Shown here one piece after another: positions 28,115 to 36,078 of a stretch of 40,580 bases of DNA (its first letter is position 1; each line of letters opens with the position of its first letter). A program made the translations under genes and the position numbers. Origin of the DNA: an uncultured virus (IMG/VR IMGVR_UViG_3300033066_001354) (lineage: Duplodnaviria > Heunggongvirae > Uroviricota > Caudoviricetes); IMG/VR virus record IMGVR_UViG_3300033066_001354; one strand, given 5' to 3'. The notes under the pieces were generated by a model. That model was not told the DNA's origin. It searched no databases and worked only from the letters and a program-made list of their open reading frames with translations.

Positions 28115-28372
28115 ACTGAAGCGACCGTCTATCTAACTACCTGTCTGTGCCTACTGACTAGCTTTCAGCGCAGACAACCACTGACCTTACCTTACCAGAC
28201 CTAGCGTACTATCAAAAGTTTCGCCCTCCGAGCTTCAATTCACGAAGTCTATAGGTCACCTCGTCTCTCATCCAGTGTCTGCTGGAACCAAGACGGTCGC
28301 TTTTAGTCAGTCAAAGCTACCTTTCCTATCATCACCGCAAGCGGTGGTTACTCAGCGGGCTTCTCGACTGAC
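28115..28372 (-). ncRNA. Candidate ~255-nt highly structured RNA
   Basis: Predicted +1 coincides with the first base of a 5' stem GTCAGTC/GACTGAC; 12-bp long-range helix AAGCGACCGTCT/AGACGGTCGCTT (28291-28302 with 28119-28130); no minus-strand ORF in the track. Confidence 0.7.
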
Positions 28373-28407
28373 AATAGTATATTGTCATAGGCGGAAGTTT
28401 TGAGGAA

Positions 28408-28437
28408 GTTTAGGACTTGGGCAAATAAGGCGGCACG
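28408..28437 (-). repeat. dif/cer-like 30-bp site 3 (inverted)
   Basis: Reverse complement CGTGCCGCCTT ATTTGCCC AAGTCCTAAAC. Confidence 0.88.
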
Positions 28438-28494
28438 TCCCATGTTTCCTCAAAAGTGGACGCCAGACAAGTATAGTCCTGTCTGGCGTTTTTG

Positions 28495-28662
28495 TCACCG
28501 TCTTCCCATTCTTCGTTGCTTCTTGCTGAGGTGTTTTTGGGGAGGTCGGAACTTTTGCTGTCTGTCGCTCCGTTTGAGGTCTTCCATCATTTTGATGTCG
28601 CTGGGATTGATTCCGAGTCCGCCGAGCATTCCGAGTGTGAGCAAAAGTGTGTTCCTTGCCAT
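28495..28662 (-). CDS. Hypothetical 55-aa protein (not in ORF track)
   Basis: MARNTLLLTLGMLGGLGINP...KKQRRMGRR; ATG 10 nt after GTATA. Confidence 0.7.
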   Translation of the reverse strand: MARNTLLLTLGMLGGLGINPSDIKMMEDLKRSDRQQKFRPPQKHLSKKQRRMGRR

Positions 28663-28678
28663 GTCTATATACTAAATT

Positions 28679-28975
28679 TCAGGATGGTTTTGAGGATTTC
28701 GACGGGAGTTTTACTCCCTTCAGGTGTTTTTTTGCACAGTCTGCGCCAACTTCGTACATACTGTAAACATCTTCGTCGGCGTTTTTGTCAAAGTCCACAA
28801 TTTCGCCGTCAATATGGTTGAGCATCACACTGAGCGCAGTCTTTAGGTTGACTTCTCGACCACAACAAATGCAATAGTTCAACGGTGTTCCTATTTCCGT
28901 CCTTTTGTTCCACCCTGTCTTTTTGCGGACTTCTTGAAGTAGTCCAGTGTGTTCTTTCATGTCCGGGTAGTTCAT
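28679..28975 (-). CDS. Hypothetical zinc-binding protein
   Basis: CICCGR...VGADC. Confidence 0.7.
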   Translation of the reverse strand: MNYPDMKEHTGLLQEVRKKTGWNKRTEIGTPLNYCICCGREVNLKTALSVMLNHIDGEIVDFDKNADEDVYSMYEVGADCAKKHLKGVKLPSKSSKPS

Positions 28976-29130
28976 TTGAGCACCTTGGGCGGCGAGACTC
29001 CGATGACACCTTCAATATGGACGACATTGCCGCATTTTTTGCAGTCGAACAAAATTCCGTATCTCAAACCTCGCGGTTTTCCTTTCGGGACTTCTCTGAC
29101 TGCTGGTGCGCTACAGTGTGGGCATCGCAT
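28972..29130 (-). CDS. Zinc-ribbon micro-protein, 52 aa (not in ORF track)
   Basis: MRCPHC...DCKKCG; ATG 10 nt after GTATA. Confidence 0.7.
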   Translation of the reverse strand: MRCPHCSAPAVREVPKGKPRGLRYGILFDCKKCGNVVHIEGVIGVSPPKVLK

Positions 29131-29167
29131 GGATATATACGCCTCTCAGCGGGTAATTTGAGGATTC

Positions 29168-29608
29168 TTAGACGAACCCGTAGTTTTTGCGGAGTTTCTT
29201 TGCATCGACCCGTGCCATGAGGTCTTTCTTCGTCACGTCGTCAGACGCGTAGAAAGTCAGTCCGAACGCCGAACGGATATAACCAATCTCCCTTCCAGTT
29301 TCGAGGTATTTGACAGCAAAGCCATAAAGCGCGTCCTCTGCCTTTTTGTTGCAAGCGATGACGCAACGGGTCTCGCCGCCGTCTCTGTTGAGTTGGTCAA
29401 CAATCATCACGTCAGAACCAAGAAAGAGGACTCCCATCGGTGCTGTCGCTTTAGGATTGATGACTTTACTGGCGTCTTCAAGAGCCTCGTCCACTTTGGC
29501 GACGACTTCGTTATAGTCGTTAACCTGGTCGATGCTTCCGATGGACAGTCCCCAATTTCGGGCTTCGAGCAGAGCGTCGGCTAGTTTGGCTTCGAGAGCG
29601 GTAGGCAT
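29168..29608 (-). CDS. Hypothetical protein
   Basis: ATG 10 nt after GTATA. Confidence 0.8.
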   Translation of the reverse strand: MPTALEAKLADALLEARNWGLSIGSIDQVNDYNEVVAKVDEALEDASKVINPKATAPMGVLFLGSDVMIVDQLNRDGGETRCVIACNKKAEDALYGFAVKYLETGREIGYIRSAFGLTFYASDDVTKKDLMARVDAKKLRKNYGFV

Positions 29609-29648
29609 GTTTTTATACTCTGGTGGATGGAAAATTTGAGGAAAAATC

Positions 29649-29678
29649 TGTGCGCCCTTTTTTCACCAAGCGTTAAAT
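29649..29678 (+). repeat. dif/cer-like 30-bp site 4
   Basis: TGTGCGCCCTT TTTTCACC AAGCGTTAAAT. Confidence 0.88.
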
Positions 29679-29681
29679 TGC

Positions 29682-30029
29682 AAAAAAGAAGAAGCCCAGC
29701 GCCGTTTCTGACACTGGACTTCTCATAGCGCTTCGGGGCGACCGCATCCCTACAGTTTCCTCTGTTAACCTGTCCAAGCCTTCCCTCTACGGTGGAGTTC
29801 TTTTTAACGGCTATTGATACCAGGGTCTTTGAGGACTCCACTACTAAGCCACAGAGTCAGTTTGGTGGACTTCGCTTCGGTTACCAGCCTCTACCGCACT
29901 ATTGTGTGCGCTCTGTGGTGATTTTGTTTTCTGTCTTGAGGCTGTCCGAGTCCGTTTGGTAAGACTTCGCCAGGGTTACCAGTCCTGACCGCGATATCTC
30001 ACAATTTCGCGCTCTTCTTTCCTCTCTTC
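29682..30029 (-). ncRNA. Candidate ~350-nt RNA with tandem kissing-loop motif
   Basis: Promoter without a start codon at +1; two covarying units (29948-30015 and 29849-29918); ends in GAAGTCCAGTGTC/GGCGCTGGGCTTC hairpin plus U-tract. Confidence 0.75.
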
Positions 30030-30067
30030 TCCTATATACGCACCTTGTTCGGAGGTTTGAGGAAAAG

Positions 30068-30304
30068 TCAGTTGACTGTCTGGGCGTTCGGGTCGCGTCC
30101 GTTCACCATGAACAACTCATAAGCGAACAAGCGGGACTCTGGCAGTTCGCCTGTAGCCCACTGTTTGTACCTGTCAGACACGCCGTCCTTACGCTTCCAC
30201 ATTTTGCCGCCACAAAGGTAGTGATGACGAAGGGCGCGGTCTTTCTCAGCGTTGGTGTAGTAACGGGGAGTCTCATCAACTAGCTGGATGATTGCAGTAG
30301 GCAT
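30068..30304 (-). CDS. Hypothetical protein
   Basis: Promoter-linked leaderless ATG. Confidence 0.75.
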   Translation of the reverse strand: MPTAIIQLVDETPRYYTNAEKDRALRHHYLCGGKMWKRKDGVSDRYKQWATGELPESRLFAYELFMVNGRDPNAQTVN

Positions 30305-30308
30305 GAGT

Positions 30309-30578
30309 TTATATCAAGCTGTCTGGAGAATTTGAGGAAACGAAGTCGTGCAAGTGTTGCAACTGTAAAGACCTGTCCCGCTCTCTTATGTCTTTGACGA
30401 CTAAAAGCCTGTCCATTTCGTGCCAAGAAACCAAGTCCCAAAGAGTCTCCACTCTTGCCCATCTTTTGCCCTCAGTCTCCCATGTTGGGGTAGTGACATA
30501 TCGGACTACTCCGTAGAACTTTCCAGTGACTCCCCACTCTACGATGTTTCCAGCTTTTACTGGGTCATTATGCCGCAT
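30309..30578 (-). CDS. Hypothetical protein (SH3/KOW-like beta pattern)
   Basis: VKAGNIVEW...GVV; coupled to the upstream gene. Confidence 0.6.
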   Translation of the reverse strand: MRHNDPVKAGNIVEWGVTGKFYGVVRYVTTPTWETEGKRWARVETLWDLVSWHEMDRLLVVKDIRERDRSLQLQHLHDFVSSNSPDSLI

Positions 30579-30843
30579 CGTCAAGCTTCGCCCTTTCAAA
30601 CGCTTCCCAGGTTTCGACGTAGCCCTTGCCGTTCACCCAGATTTTGTCAAAATCGTAATCGTCGGCACAGACTTCAGTGACATTGTTGCCAGTCGTGTCC
30701 ACAGACTTTTCGATGGCTTTCACGACGGCGGTGATAATTTCGTCCAAGTGTGAGTGTTTACTGTCGTAAATCTTGAAGCCGTTGAAATAGACCGCATTGT
30801 AATCGCAGTCCCCACCGTTCACTACAATAATATCGTTAGCCAT
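30568..30843 (-). CDS. Hypothetical protein
   Basis: Promoter-linked leaderless ATG. Confidence 0.75.
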   Translation of the reverse strand: MANDIIVVNGGDCDYNAVYFNGFKIYDSKHSHLDEIITAVVKAIEKSVDTTGNNVTEVCADDYDFDKIWVNGKGYVETWEAFERAKLDDAA

Positions 30844-30883
30844 GATTTTATACTATACCACAATTAAGTCTTGAGGAAAAATC

Positions 30884-30913
30884 CGTGCGGCCTTATTTGT
30901 CCAAGCGTTAAAT
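30884..30913 (+). repeat. dif/cer-like 30-bp site 5
   Basis: CGTGCGGCCTT ATTTGTCC AAGCGTTAAAT. Confidence 0.9.
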
Positions 30914-30920
30914 TATAGAC

Positions 30921-30947
30921 AAAAAACGCCCCGCTTTTGGCGGGGCG
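30921..30947 (-). terminator. Intrinsic terminator
   Basis: CGCCCCGC/GCGGGGCG stem followed by T6 on the minus strand. Confidence 0.85.
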
Positions 30948-30976
30948 ACTGTCATAAGGAGACAGAACTAAAACTG

Positions 30977-31288
30977 TCAGTTGATTCCGTGCGTCTTACC
31001 TGTTCTGTCCGTCGCGCCTTTCGACTGTGTGCGGCGCGGAGGGTCGTCATCAAGCGGGAAGGCAGTTTTGAGTGCATGGACAAAACCCGCCCATAGAAGG
31101 ATAAAACCAAAGGCTCCCTCCACGATGTATATGGCGTAAATCATCCCTTTGCCGAGCCAGAGGAAGTTTCCGTTCGAGTCGTAAGAAAAGAACGGGTCTA
31201 ACACTTTCTGCGTCAGAACGAATGCGAGTGCGACCAAAGCCATCAAACCGACGAGCTTCAATCTGTCCTGGTTGGTTTTGCTAACCAT
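30977..31288 (-). CDS. Membrane protein (2 TM)
   Basis: Start re-assigned to the ATG 10 nt after GTATA; two hydrophobic helices. Confidence 0.75.
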   Translation of the reverse strand: MVSKTNQDRLKLVGLMALVALAFVLTQKVLDPFFSYDSNGNFLWLGKGMIYAIYIVEGAFGFILLWAGFVHALKTAFPLDDDPPRRTQSKGATDRTGKTHGIN

Positions 31289-31325
31289 GTATTTATACCG
31301 TCCTGTGTGGAAAACTTGAGGAAAT

Positions 31326-31595
31326 TCAGGAGAAGTACGCATATTCGACCCGGGCGGTAGTGACAGTGTGCCAGCCCATTGTCAGATAAATTTCGTAGTC
31401 GAACCCTTCGACTTGTTCGTGAATTCGTCCTTCGTGCCCGCAGTACATTCCATCAAGCGCTTTTGATACGTTCGGGTTGATTTTGGCAGCTTTGTCCAGC
31501 CATTCTTGCAATGGGACGTTAGCGCCGATGCCTGTCAATTCCCTGTTGAGACTGTTCAACAACGACCGTTTTGTCTGTCGTTTCGGATTGTCCAT
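31326..31595 (-). CDS. Hypothetical protein
   Basis: Promoter-linked leaderless ATG. Confidence 0.75.
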   Translation of the reverse strand: MDNPKRQTKRSLLNSLNRELTGIGANVPLQEWLDKAAKINPNVSKALDGMYCGHEGRIHEQVEGFDYEIYLTMGWHTVTTARVEYAYFS

Positions 31596-31599
31596 GAAT

Positions 31600-31884
31600 T
31601 TATACCAAATCGGCTAGAGACTTTGAGGATTCTAGCTTCATGGTTCGAACGTAGTAGCCTTCTCCAAGGTACTTAACGTCGTTCCAGGCCAAACCAGATT
31701 CTTCCGGGGTGTTTGACACCACGGAGGGGCAAACTTCAGTACCGTCCGCCAAACGATAGACGGCAAAATTGCGAACCTTGCCAGGGTCGAGGGCATCGTT
31801 CATCGTTTCATACTTTTCTGACTTCCAAAGGTGGAAGGTCTTGCACTCCATTTTGGCGCTTCGCCACCCAAGGTTAAGACTCAT
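31600..31884 (-). CDS. Hypothetical protein
   Basis: Start re-assigned to the ATG 13 nt after GTATA. Confidence 0.7.
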   Translation of the reverse strand: MSLNLGWRSAKMECKTFHLWKSEKYETMNDALDPGKVRNFAVYRLADGTEVCPSVVSNTPEESGLAWNDVKYLGEGYYVRTMKLESSKSLADLV

Positions 31885-31921
31885 GACACTTTTATACCCG
31901 ACAAGACGTGTTTTTGAGGAT

Positions 31922-32161
31922 TTAATCGTTGAACACCGTCGTCCAATCTTCCTCTTCCACAAAGGACAGGTTTTCGCCGTTGAAGTCTTTCAGCATCAAT
32001 TTCGCGATACCTTGGGCGACTTCGGGCGTGGAGAACAAAATAGTCCTGTCGTCATAGCCCTTGACTTTAACAGTCAGCATTCCTTTGGGCTCTGCGCCGA
32101 CATGGGTAACGTCAGCCACCATCACCGTCACGCCGTTTTTTGCAGTCTCGTTCAAAAGCAT
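31922..32161 (-). CDS. Hypothetical protein
   Basis: Promoter-linked leaderless ATG. Confidence 0.75.
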   Translation of the reverse strand: MLLNETAKNGVTVMVADVTHVGAEPKGMLTVKVKGYDDRTILFSTPEVAQGIAKLMLKDFNGENLSFVEEEDWTTVFND

Positions 32162-32195
32162 GTTTTTATACTCTCCTAGATGTTGAATTTGAGGA

Positions 32196-32411
32196 TTACT
32201 TCCCCGTAGCCTTGACGAAGTTGTCAGGTGTGCAAACTCCTGGCGTCCCGTATCGCCCGCCCATGTTCAAAGCCCAATGTCCAGGAGATTTGATGACAGC
32301 TTTACCACTTGCTTCTTTCCACTCTACACCGTTTCGCCCGCGCCCGTTCGGGACAAGGATTGTCACTCTGTCGCCAAACTTGATTTCGTTGAAACTTGCT
32401 CTGGTAGCCAT
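32196..32411 (-). CDS. Hypothetical protein
   Basis: Promoter-linked leaderless ATG. Confidence 0.75.
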   Translation of the reverse strand: MATRASFNEIKFGDRVTILVPNGRGRNGVEWKEASGKAVIKSPGHWALNMGGRYGTPGVCTPDNFVKATGK

Positions 32412-32446
32412 GACTATATACTGGTGTGGGTAAAAGTTTGAGGATT

Positions 32447-32677
32447 TTACGCCACAACTTTTCTGTCAGTCCAATAGCCAAGAATTGCCACAGGACACGG
32501 GATTTCGTCAATGATGGCGAATTTAGTACCATTACCGTCTCTGCCTCTGTTGACTGCCTCAAGGCTCTTTACCAATTCACGGGCTGTCTCTGGTGTGCCC
32601 ATGTGGTTCTGTATCCAACCGCCGCCCACGTTGCCGTTCTCGCGCACCCTGTCCACGTTGATGATGCTAAATTTCAC
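32447..32677 (-). CDS. Hypothetical protein
   Basis: GTG 10 nt after the GTATG box. Confidence 0.7.
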   Translation of the reverse strand: MKFSIINVDRVRENGNVGGGWIQNHMGTPETARELVKSLEAVNRGRDGNGTKFAIIDEIPCPVAILGYWTDRKVVA

Positions 32678-32687
32678 ACTTTCATAC

Positions 32688-33149
32688 TCAGACAGACGAA
32701 AGTTTTGAGGAAGATGAGAACAGCTTCCCTTTAGAAATGTCTTTGAACAATGCGGCTGGGTCTTCAATCGAAGTAGCACGGTTAAGGTGTCCGCTAGTGC
32801 CAGACAAGCGCACAATTTCATTTTCTTCTGTAAAGAGGTATGCATACTTGTTGGGTACGCCTGTGATGACTAGTGGCTGGTGCGTCTTAATTTGCAGTGT
32901 CTTGAGGTTAGGGTAATACTTCTGCAAACGTGGGAACAATTGGTGACACTCTATGCAATTAATCCAACGTTCTGGAAACACCAAGATTATTTCAGTCGTC
33001 TGGTCATCGACCTTTTGTTCCTTGAACAAATTGCGCAGGTATTTCTGCCCGACGAATTGCTCGTACTCAAAGTCGTCTGCCAAAAAATCTGGACGACGAT
33101 AGATGAACACTTCGCAACGCTCCAGTCCATCAAACCAACTTTCAGCCAT
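32688..33149 (-). CDS. Hypothetical protein (weak resemblance to the C-terminal half of an ABC-type ATPase)
   Basis: IILVFPERWI...IKTHQPLVI; promoter upstream. Confidence 0.65.
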   Translation of the reverse strand: MAESWFDGLERCEVFIYRRPDFLADDFEYEQFVGQKYLRNLFKEQKVDDQTTEIILVFPERWINCIECHQLFPRLQKYYPNLKTLQIKTHQPLVITGVPNKYAYLFTEENEIVRLSGTSGHLNRATSIEDPAALFKDISKGKLFSSSSKLSSV

Positions 33150-33191
33150 ATGCGTACATAACAAGCATGCATTGAGATATGAGGAAAAATC

Positions 33192-33221
33192 CGTACGGTC
33201 TTATTTGTCCAAGCACTAAAA
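33192..33221 (+). repeat. dif/cer-like 30-bp site 6
   Basis: CGTACGGTCTT ATTTGTCC AAGCACTAAAA. Confidence 0.85.
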
Positions 33222-33257
33222 AAGCAGACCGTTTCCAGTCTGCCTTTCGCCGTCCGC

Positions 33258-33404
33258 TTATCGCTTCGGAAGGTTGCCCGCGCCGTTGAAAATCGCGTCT
33301 GCCAAGTTTTGGTAGCTCAGTCGTCGCTTGTCTGCGAGGGTCATCTTTCGAGGTCGTTTGTTGGACTCTTGGTCTCTGTTGCGGATGGACTTAGGTTGTG
33401 CCAT
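33258..33404 (-). CDS. Basic 48-aa protein (not in ORF track)
   Basis: MAQPKSIRNRDQ...NLPKR; ATG 10 nt after GTATA; terminator 33218-33243 downstream. Confidence 0.7.
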   Translation of the reverse strand: MAQPKSIRNRDQESNKRPRKMTLADKRRLSYQNLADAIFNGAGNLPKR

Positions 33405-33423
33405 GAACATATACACTTTTGAC

Positions 33424-33870
33424 TCACACGGTTGAGGAATTTTTGGGCGCGTATGTCCAGCCGCCGTTGCCGTAAGGCACCCAACCCTTAAGCCGTCCCA
33501 TCTTCATACTGACGACTTCAATCAACCTGGCGTCTGGGTGGTCGCGGTGTGGTGTGCCGTCTATCGGACACTTGCGATAGTTAGCCTTTGGTAAAGTTTC
33601 ATTGTGTTCGTTGTCAAAGTATTCGTACACCAGGGTACACCCTATGTTTGACCCGCACGACGTTGTGACGATGAAGACTTCGCCGCTTTCTAAGTAAAAC
33701 CGAAGCCGACAGTCCCCGCGCTTCAAACGTCGCATTGTAACTTTGACGCCGAAGAACTCTTGCATGACTTTAGACAAAAGTTCACAAGTCGATGGCACAT
33801 AGTTATAGATGCCTTCATAAGTAAAGTCTGTCGGGTATGTCCTGTATATAGGGTCGTTGACTGATGCCAT
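33424..33870 (-). CDS. Hypothetical protein
   Basis: Start re-assigned to the ATG 10 nt after GTATA (MASVNDP...). Confidence 0.75.
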   Translation of the reverse strand: MASVNDPIYRTYPTDFTYEGIYNYVPSTCELLSKVMQEFFGVKVTMRRLKRGDCRLRFYLESGEVFIVTTSCGSNIGCTLVYEYFDNEHNETLPKANYRKCPIDGTPHRDHPDARLIEVVSMKMGRLKGWVPYGNGGWTYAPKNSSTV

Positions 33871-33968
33871 GCGTCTATACCCAGCGCCGACAAAGCAATG
33901 AGGAATTTGACCACTTTTATACGCAGCGGCAGCAGCGGTTTGAGGATTTTCGCTGCACAAATTTTTCG

Positions 33969-33998
33969 CGTGCCCCCTTATTTCCCCAAGCCTTAATC
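33969..33998 (+). repeat. dif/cer-like 30-bp site 7
   Basis: CGTGCCCCCTT ATTTCCCC AAGCCTTAATC. Confidence 0.88.
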
Positions 33999-34023
33999 CC
34001 CGTGGCGAACGGGGTGGCTTGCG

Positions 34024-34308
34024 TCACTGACTAAGGAACTGCTGGGCTTCTGCGCCGAGTTGTTGCATTTCGGAGTAAAAGCGTTGTTGCATGTCCCCTA
34101 GTTTGTCCTGTTCCTGTGGGATTCGGCACTCCAAAGACTCAATTTCCTCTTTTTGCGAATCTGTAGGATTACTGAGTTTGTGAAGGTCGTCCAACACTTC
34201 TTGCATACCCAGGACAGTGGAGACTTGAGCATTGAGTCTCACCTCGCGCTCTTTCGCTTCGTTGTCCAAGATTACTTGTGCGACTTGACAGAGATACGTC
34301 GTAGCCAT
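34024..34308 (-). CDS. Coiled-coil hypothetical protein
   Basis: Start re-assigned (MATTYLC...) by promoter position. Confidence 0.7.
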   Translation of the reverse strand: MATTYLCQVAQVILDNEAKEREVRLNAQVSTVLGMQEVLDDLHKLSNPTDSQKEEIESLECRIPQEQDKLGDMQQRFYSEMQQLGAEAQQFLSQ

Positions 34309-34401
34309 GTTCATATATAGACACTGTTCCACAATTTGAGGAAAATCTGTCAGTGTGGATTGTAAATTCCTCATATCAAGCATGATTGGCAGTATATGGA
34401 C

Positions 34402-35055
34402 ATGGTTAACACCATCGAGGGCGATTGGAGCGACGTTGCTTGGCTTACAGTCAGTCAGAACCCAGTCCCTGTCAGCAAAAGCGTCGAATTCCCGGAACAG
34501 CCAGACGGAATGACTTATGGCGAATACCATAAGTTGCATAAAATTTGCACATACCTTGACCCGAACGGCAAACGAAGCGGCTTGCGTTGTGTCGCGTTCT
34601 ACCCTTACGAACACCTGACGGTAGGCGGGGCGTTGCGAATCATGATGTTCCACTTTCCCGATGAGTCGTACTATAACGAGCTTTCAATGGCGTTTATGGC
34701 GCGGCATTGCACGGGCTATGGCGATGCTGGGTTGATGCCCACCCTGGAAGAAGTCAAGAACGGCATTCACAGGGCCTTAAATCCGCCTGTATTCACTCCG
34801 AGGCGCATTATAGCGCAACGTTGTGTCAGAAGCGGTGATTTTCGCGTAGTCATATGGAAGAAGCCAGACGACCCCAAATTCCCACACATCAAACTGGAGG
34901 GGCGTGAATTGTTGCTACTGCCTAAGAAGGCGTTCGGAGTGGAAGAAGAAGGCGAATACCTGTACATCTTTGACGAAACAGACAGCAAAAACGACAGAAT
35001 CACCGAAGTCAAGGATAAATTGGAACGCGGGGTTATTGTACTGAAATACGCTTAA
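34402..35055 (+). CDS. Hypothetical protein
   Basis: Divergent promoter at 34368; ATG 10 nt after GTATA. Confidence 0.75.
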   Translation: MVNTIEGDWSDVAWLTVSQNPVPVSKSVEFPEQPDGMTYGEYHKLHKICTYLDPNGKRSGLRCVAFYPYEHLTVGGALRIMMFHFPDESYYNELSMAFMARHCTGYGDAGLMPTLEEVKNGIHRALNPPVFTPRRIIAQRCVRSGDFRVVIWKKPDDPKFPHIKLEGRELLLLPKKAFGVEEEGEYLYIFDETDSKNDRITEVKDKLERGVIVLKYA

Positions 35056-35065
35056 GCGTATTTCA
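35042..35065. terminator. Perfect 24-bp palindrome over a stop codon (terminator or binding site)
   Basis: TGAAATACGCTTAAGCGTATTTCA. Confidence 0.55.
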
Positions 35066-35082
35066 ATTTGTGGAACATGGGG

Positions 35083-35112
35083 CGTGCCGCCTTATTCTCC
35101 CAAGTCTTATTC
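35083..35112 (+). repeat. dif/cer-like 30-bp site 8
   Basis: CGTGCCGCCTT ATTCTCCC AAGTCTTATTC. Confidence 0.85.
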
Positions 35113-35162
35113 ACACAGGTAAAAATCCTCAAACTTAGCCGGTGATAGGGTATATATCTGTT

Positions 35163-36047
35163 ATGGCGGCAAAGCAGACAGCATACGAAGCAATCACAGC
35201 GACCATCATTGCAGCCCTTGAAGCTGGCGAAGTGGCTTGGCAGAAGCCCTGGAATTCGAAAGCGCCGTGCAACGCAATCACAGGCAAAGCCTACCGTGGC
35301 GTCAATCCGTTTTTGCTCGTCCTTGCGTCAAAGTCGTACACTGACAATCGCTGGTTGACGTTCCCACAAGCTAAAGAACTAGGCGGAAGTGTCAAGTCGG
35401 GCGAAAAGGGAACTTGGATTGTCTACTCATCCCAAATCCCTACCAAAGAAGACCCTAAAAAGTCGTTTTGGCTTATGAGGCGGTACTGTGTTTTCAACAT
35501 CGAACAGTGCGAAAACTTGGAGAAACTTCCGCCGCTTGAAGTCGTCAACCAAGACACTGACCCGAACATTCTAGCCGAAGAATTGGTGGCTAAGTACACA
35601 GACGCGCCGCCCGTGACCTTTGGTGGCGGCATAGCTTGCTACCGACCTTCAACCGATGAAGTGAACATGCCCAACCGCGCCGACTTCAACGGAAACCCAG
35701 AATTTTATTCAACATTGTTCCATGAGTTCGCACATTCTACAGGACATGAGAAACGACTCAACCGAAAGTCACTCACGGAACATGACGGGTTTGGAGGGTA
35801 CAACTACTCTAACGAAGAGTTGGTGGCGGAGTTCGCCGCCGCGTTCATGATGGCAGAATGTGGTATGGACATGCCTGTCAAAGACAATACCGTAGCCTAC
35901 CTGCAAAGTTGGATAAAAGCCTTGAAGAACGACCCGACACTAGTGGTCAAAGCGGCAAGTGCGGCACAAAAGGCGGCTGATTACATGAAGGGCGTGACGG
36001 TCGCCAAGGACGCCGAAGATACCGAGAAAGAAACGGTTGCGGCATAG
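35163..36047 (+). CDS. ardC: ArdC-family antirestriction / ssDNA-binding protein with zincin-like domain
   Basis: WQKPW, N.ITGKAYRGVN, WLTFPQA..LGGSVKSGEKG, VFNIEQ, HEFAHSTGH...RLNR, EELVAE, YLQSWI. Confidence 0.92.
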   Translation: MAAKQTAYEAITATIIAALEAGEVAWQKPWNSKAPCNAITGKAYRGVNPFLLVLASKSYTDNRWLTFPQAKELGGSVKSGEKGTWIVYSSQIPTKEDPKKSFWLMRRYCVFNIEQCENLEKLPPLEVVNQDTDPNILAEELVAKYTDAPPVTFGGGIACYRPSTDEVNMPNRADFNGNPEFYSTLFHEFAHSTGHEKRLNRKSLTEHDGFGGYNYSNEELVAEFAAAFMMAECGMDMPVKDNTVAYLQSWIKALKNDPTLVVKAASAAQKAADYMKGVTVAKDAEDTEKETVAA

Positions 36048-36054
36048 TCAAAAA

Positions 36055-36078
36055 AATCCCAGGCTTCGGTCTGGGATT
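36055..36078. terminator. Intrinsic terminator after ardC
   Basis: AATCCCAGGC-TTCG-GTCTGGGATT hairpin. Confidence 0.75.

Noticed and set aside
28115..28372. tmRNA, SRP, 6S, RNase P or tRNA
   Set aside because: No tRNA-like ends or T-loop, no exact SRP helix-8 motif, no RNase P P4 signature; branched rather than rod-like.
29849..30015. Hairpin ribozyme or purine riboswitch identity for the tandem RNA units
   Set aside because: GAAGTC/ACCA/CTGGTA similarity is superficial; hairpin-ribozyme loop B and the purine-riboswitch junction nucleotides are absent.
34309..34653. Long upstream extensions of ORF-track calls (e.g. 34653, 33960, 32845, 31962, 31342, 37626, 39428, 36037) and antisense ORFs over real genes
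   Set aside because: Extensions run through the promoter motif or overlap other genes; promoter-defined starts fit better.
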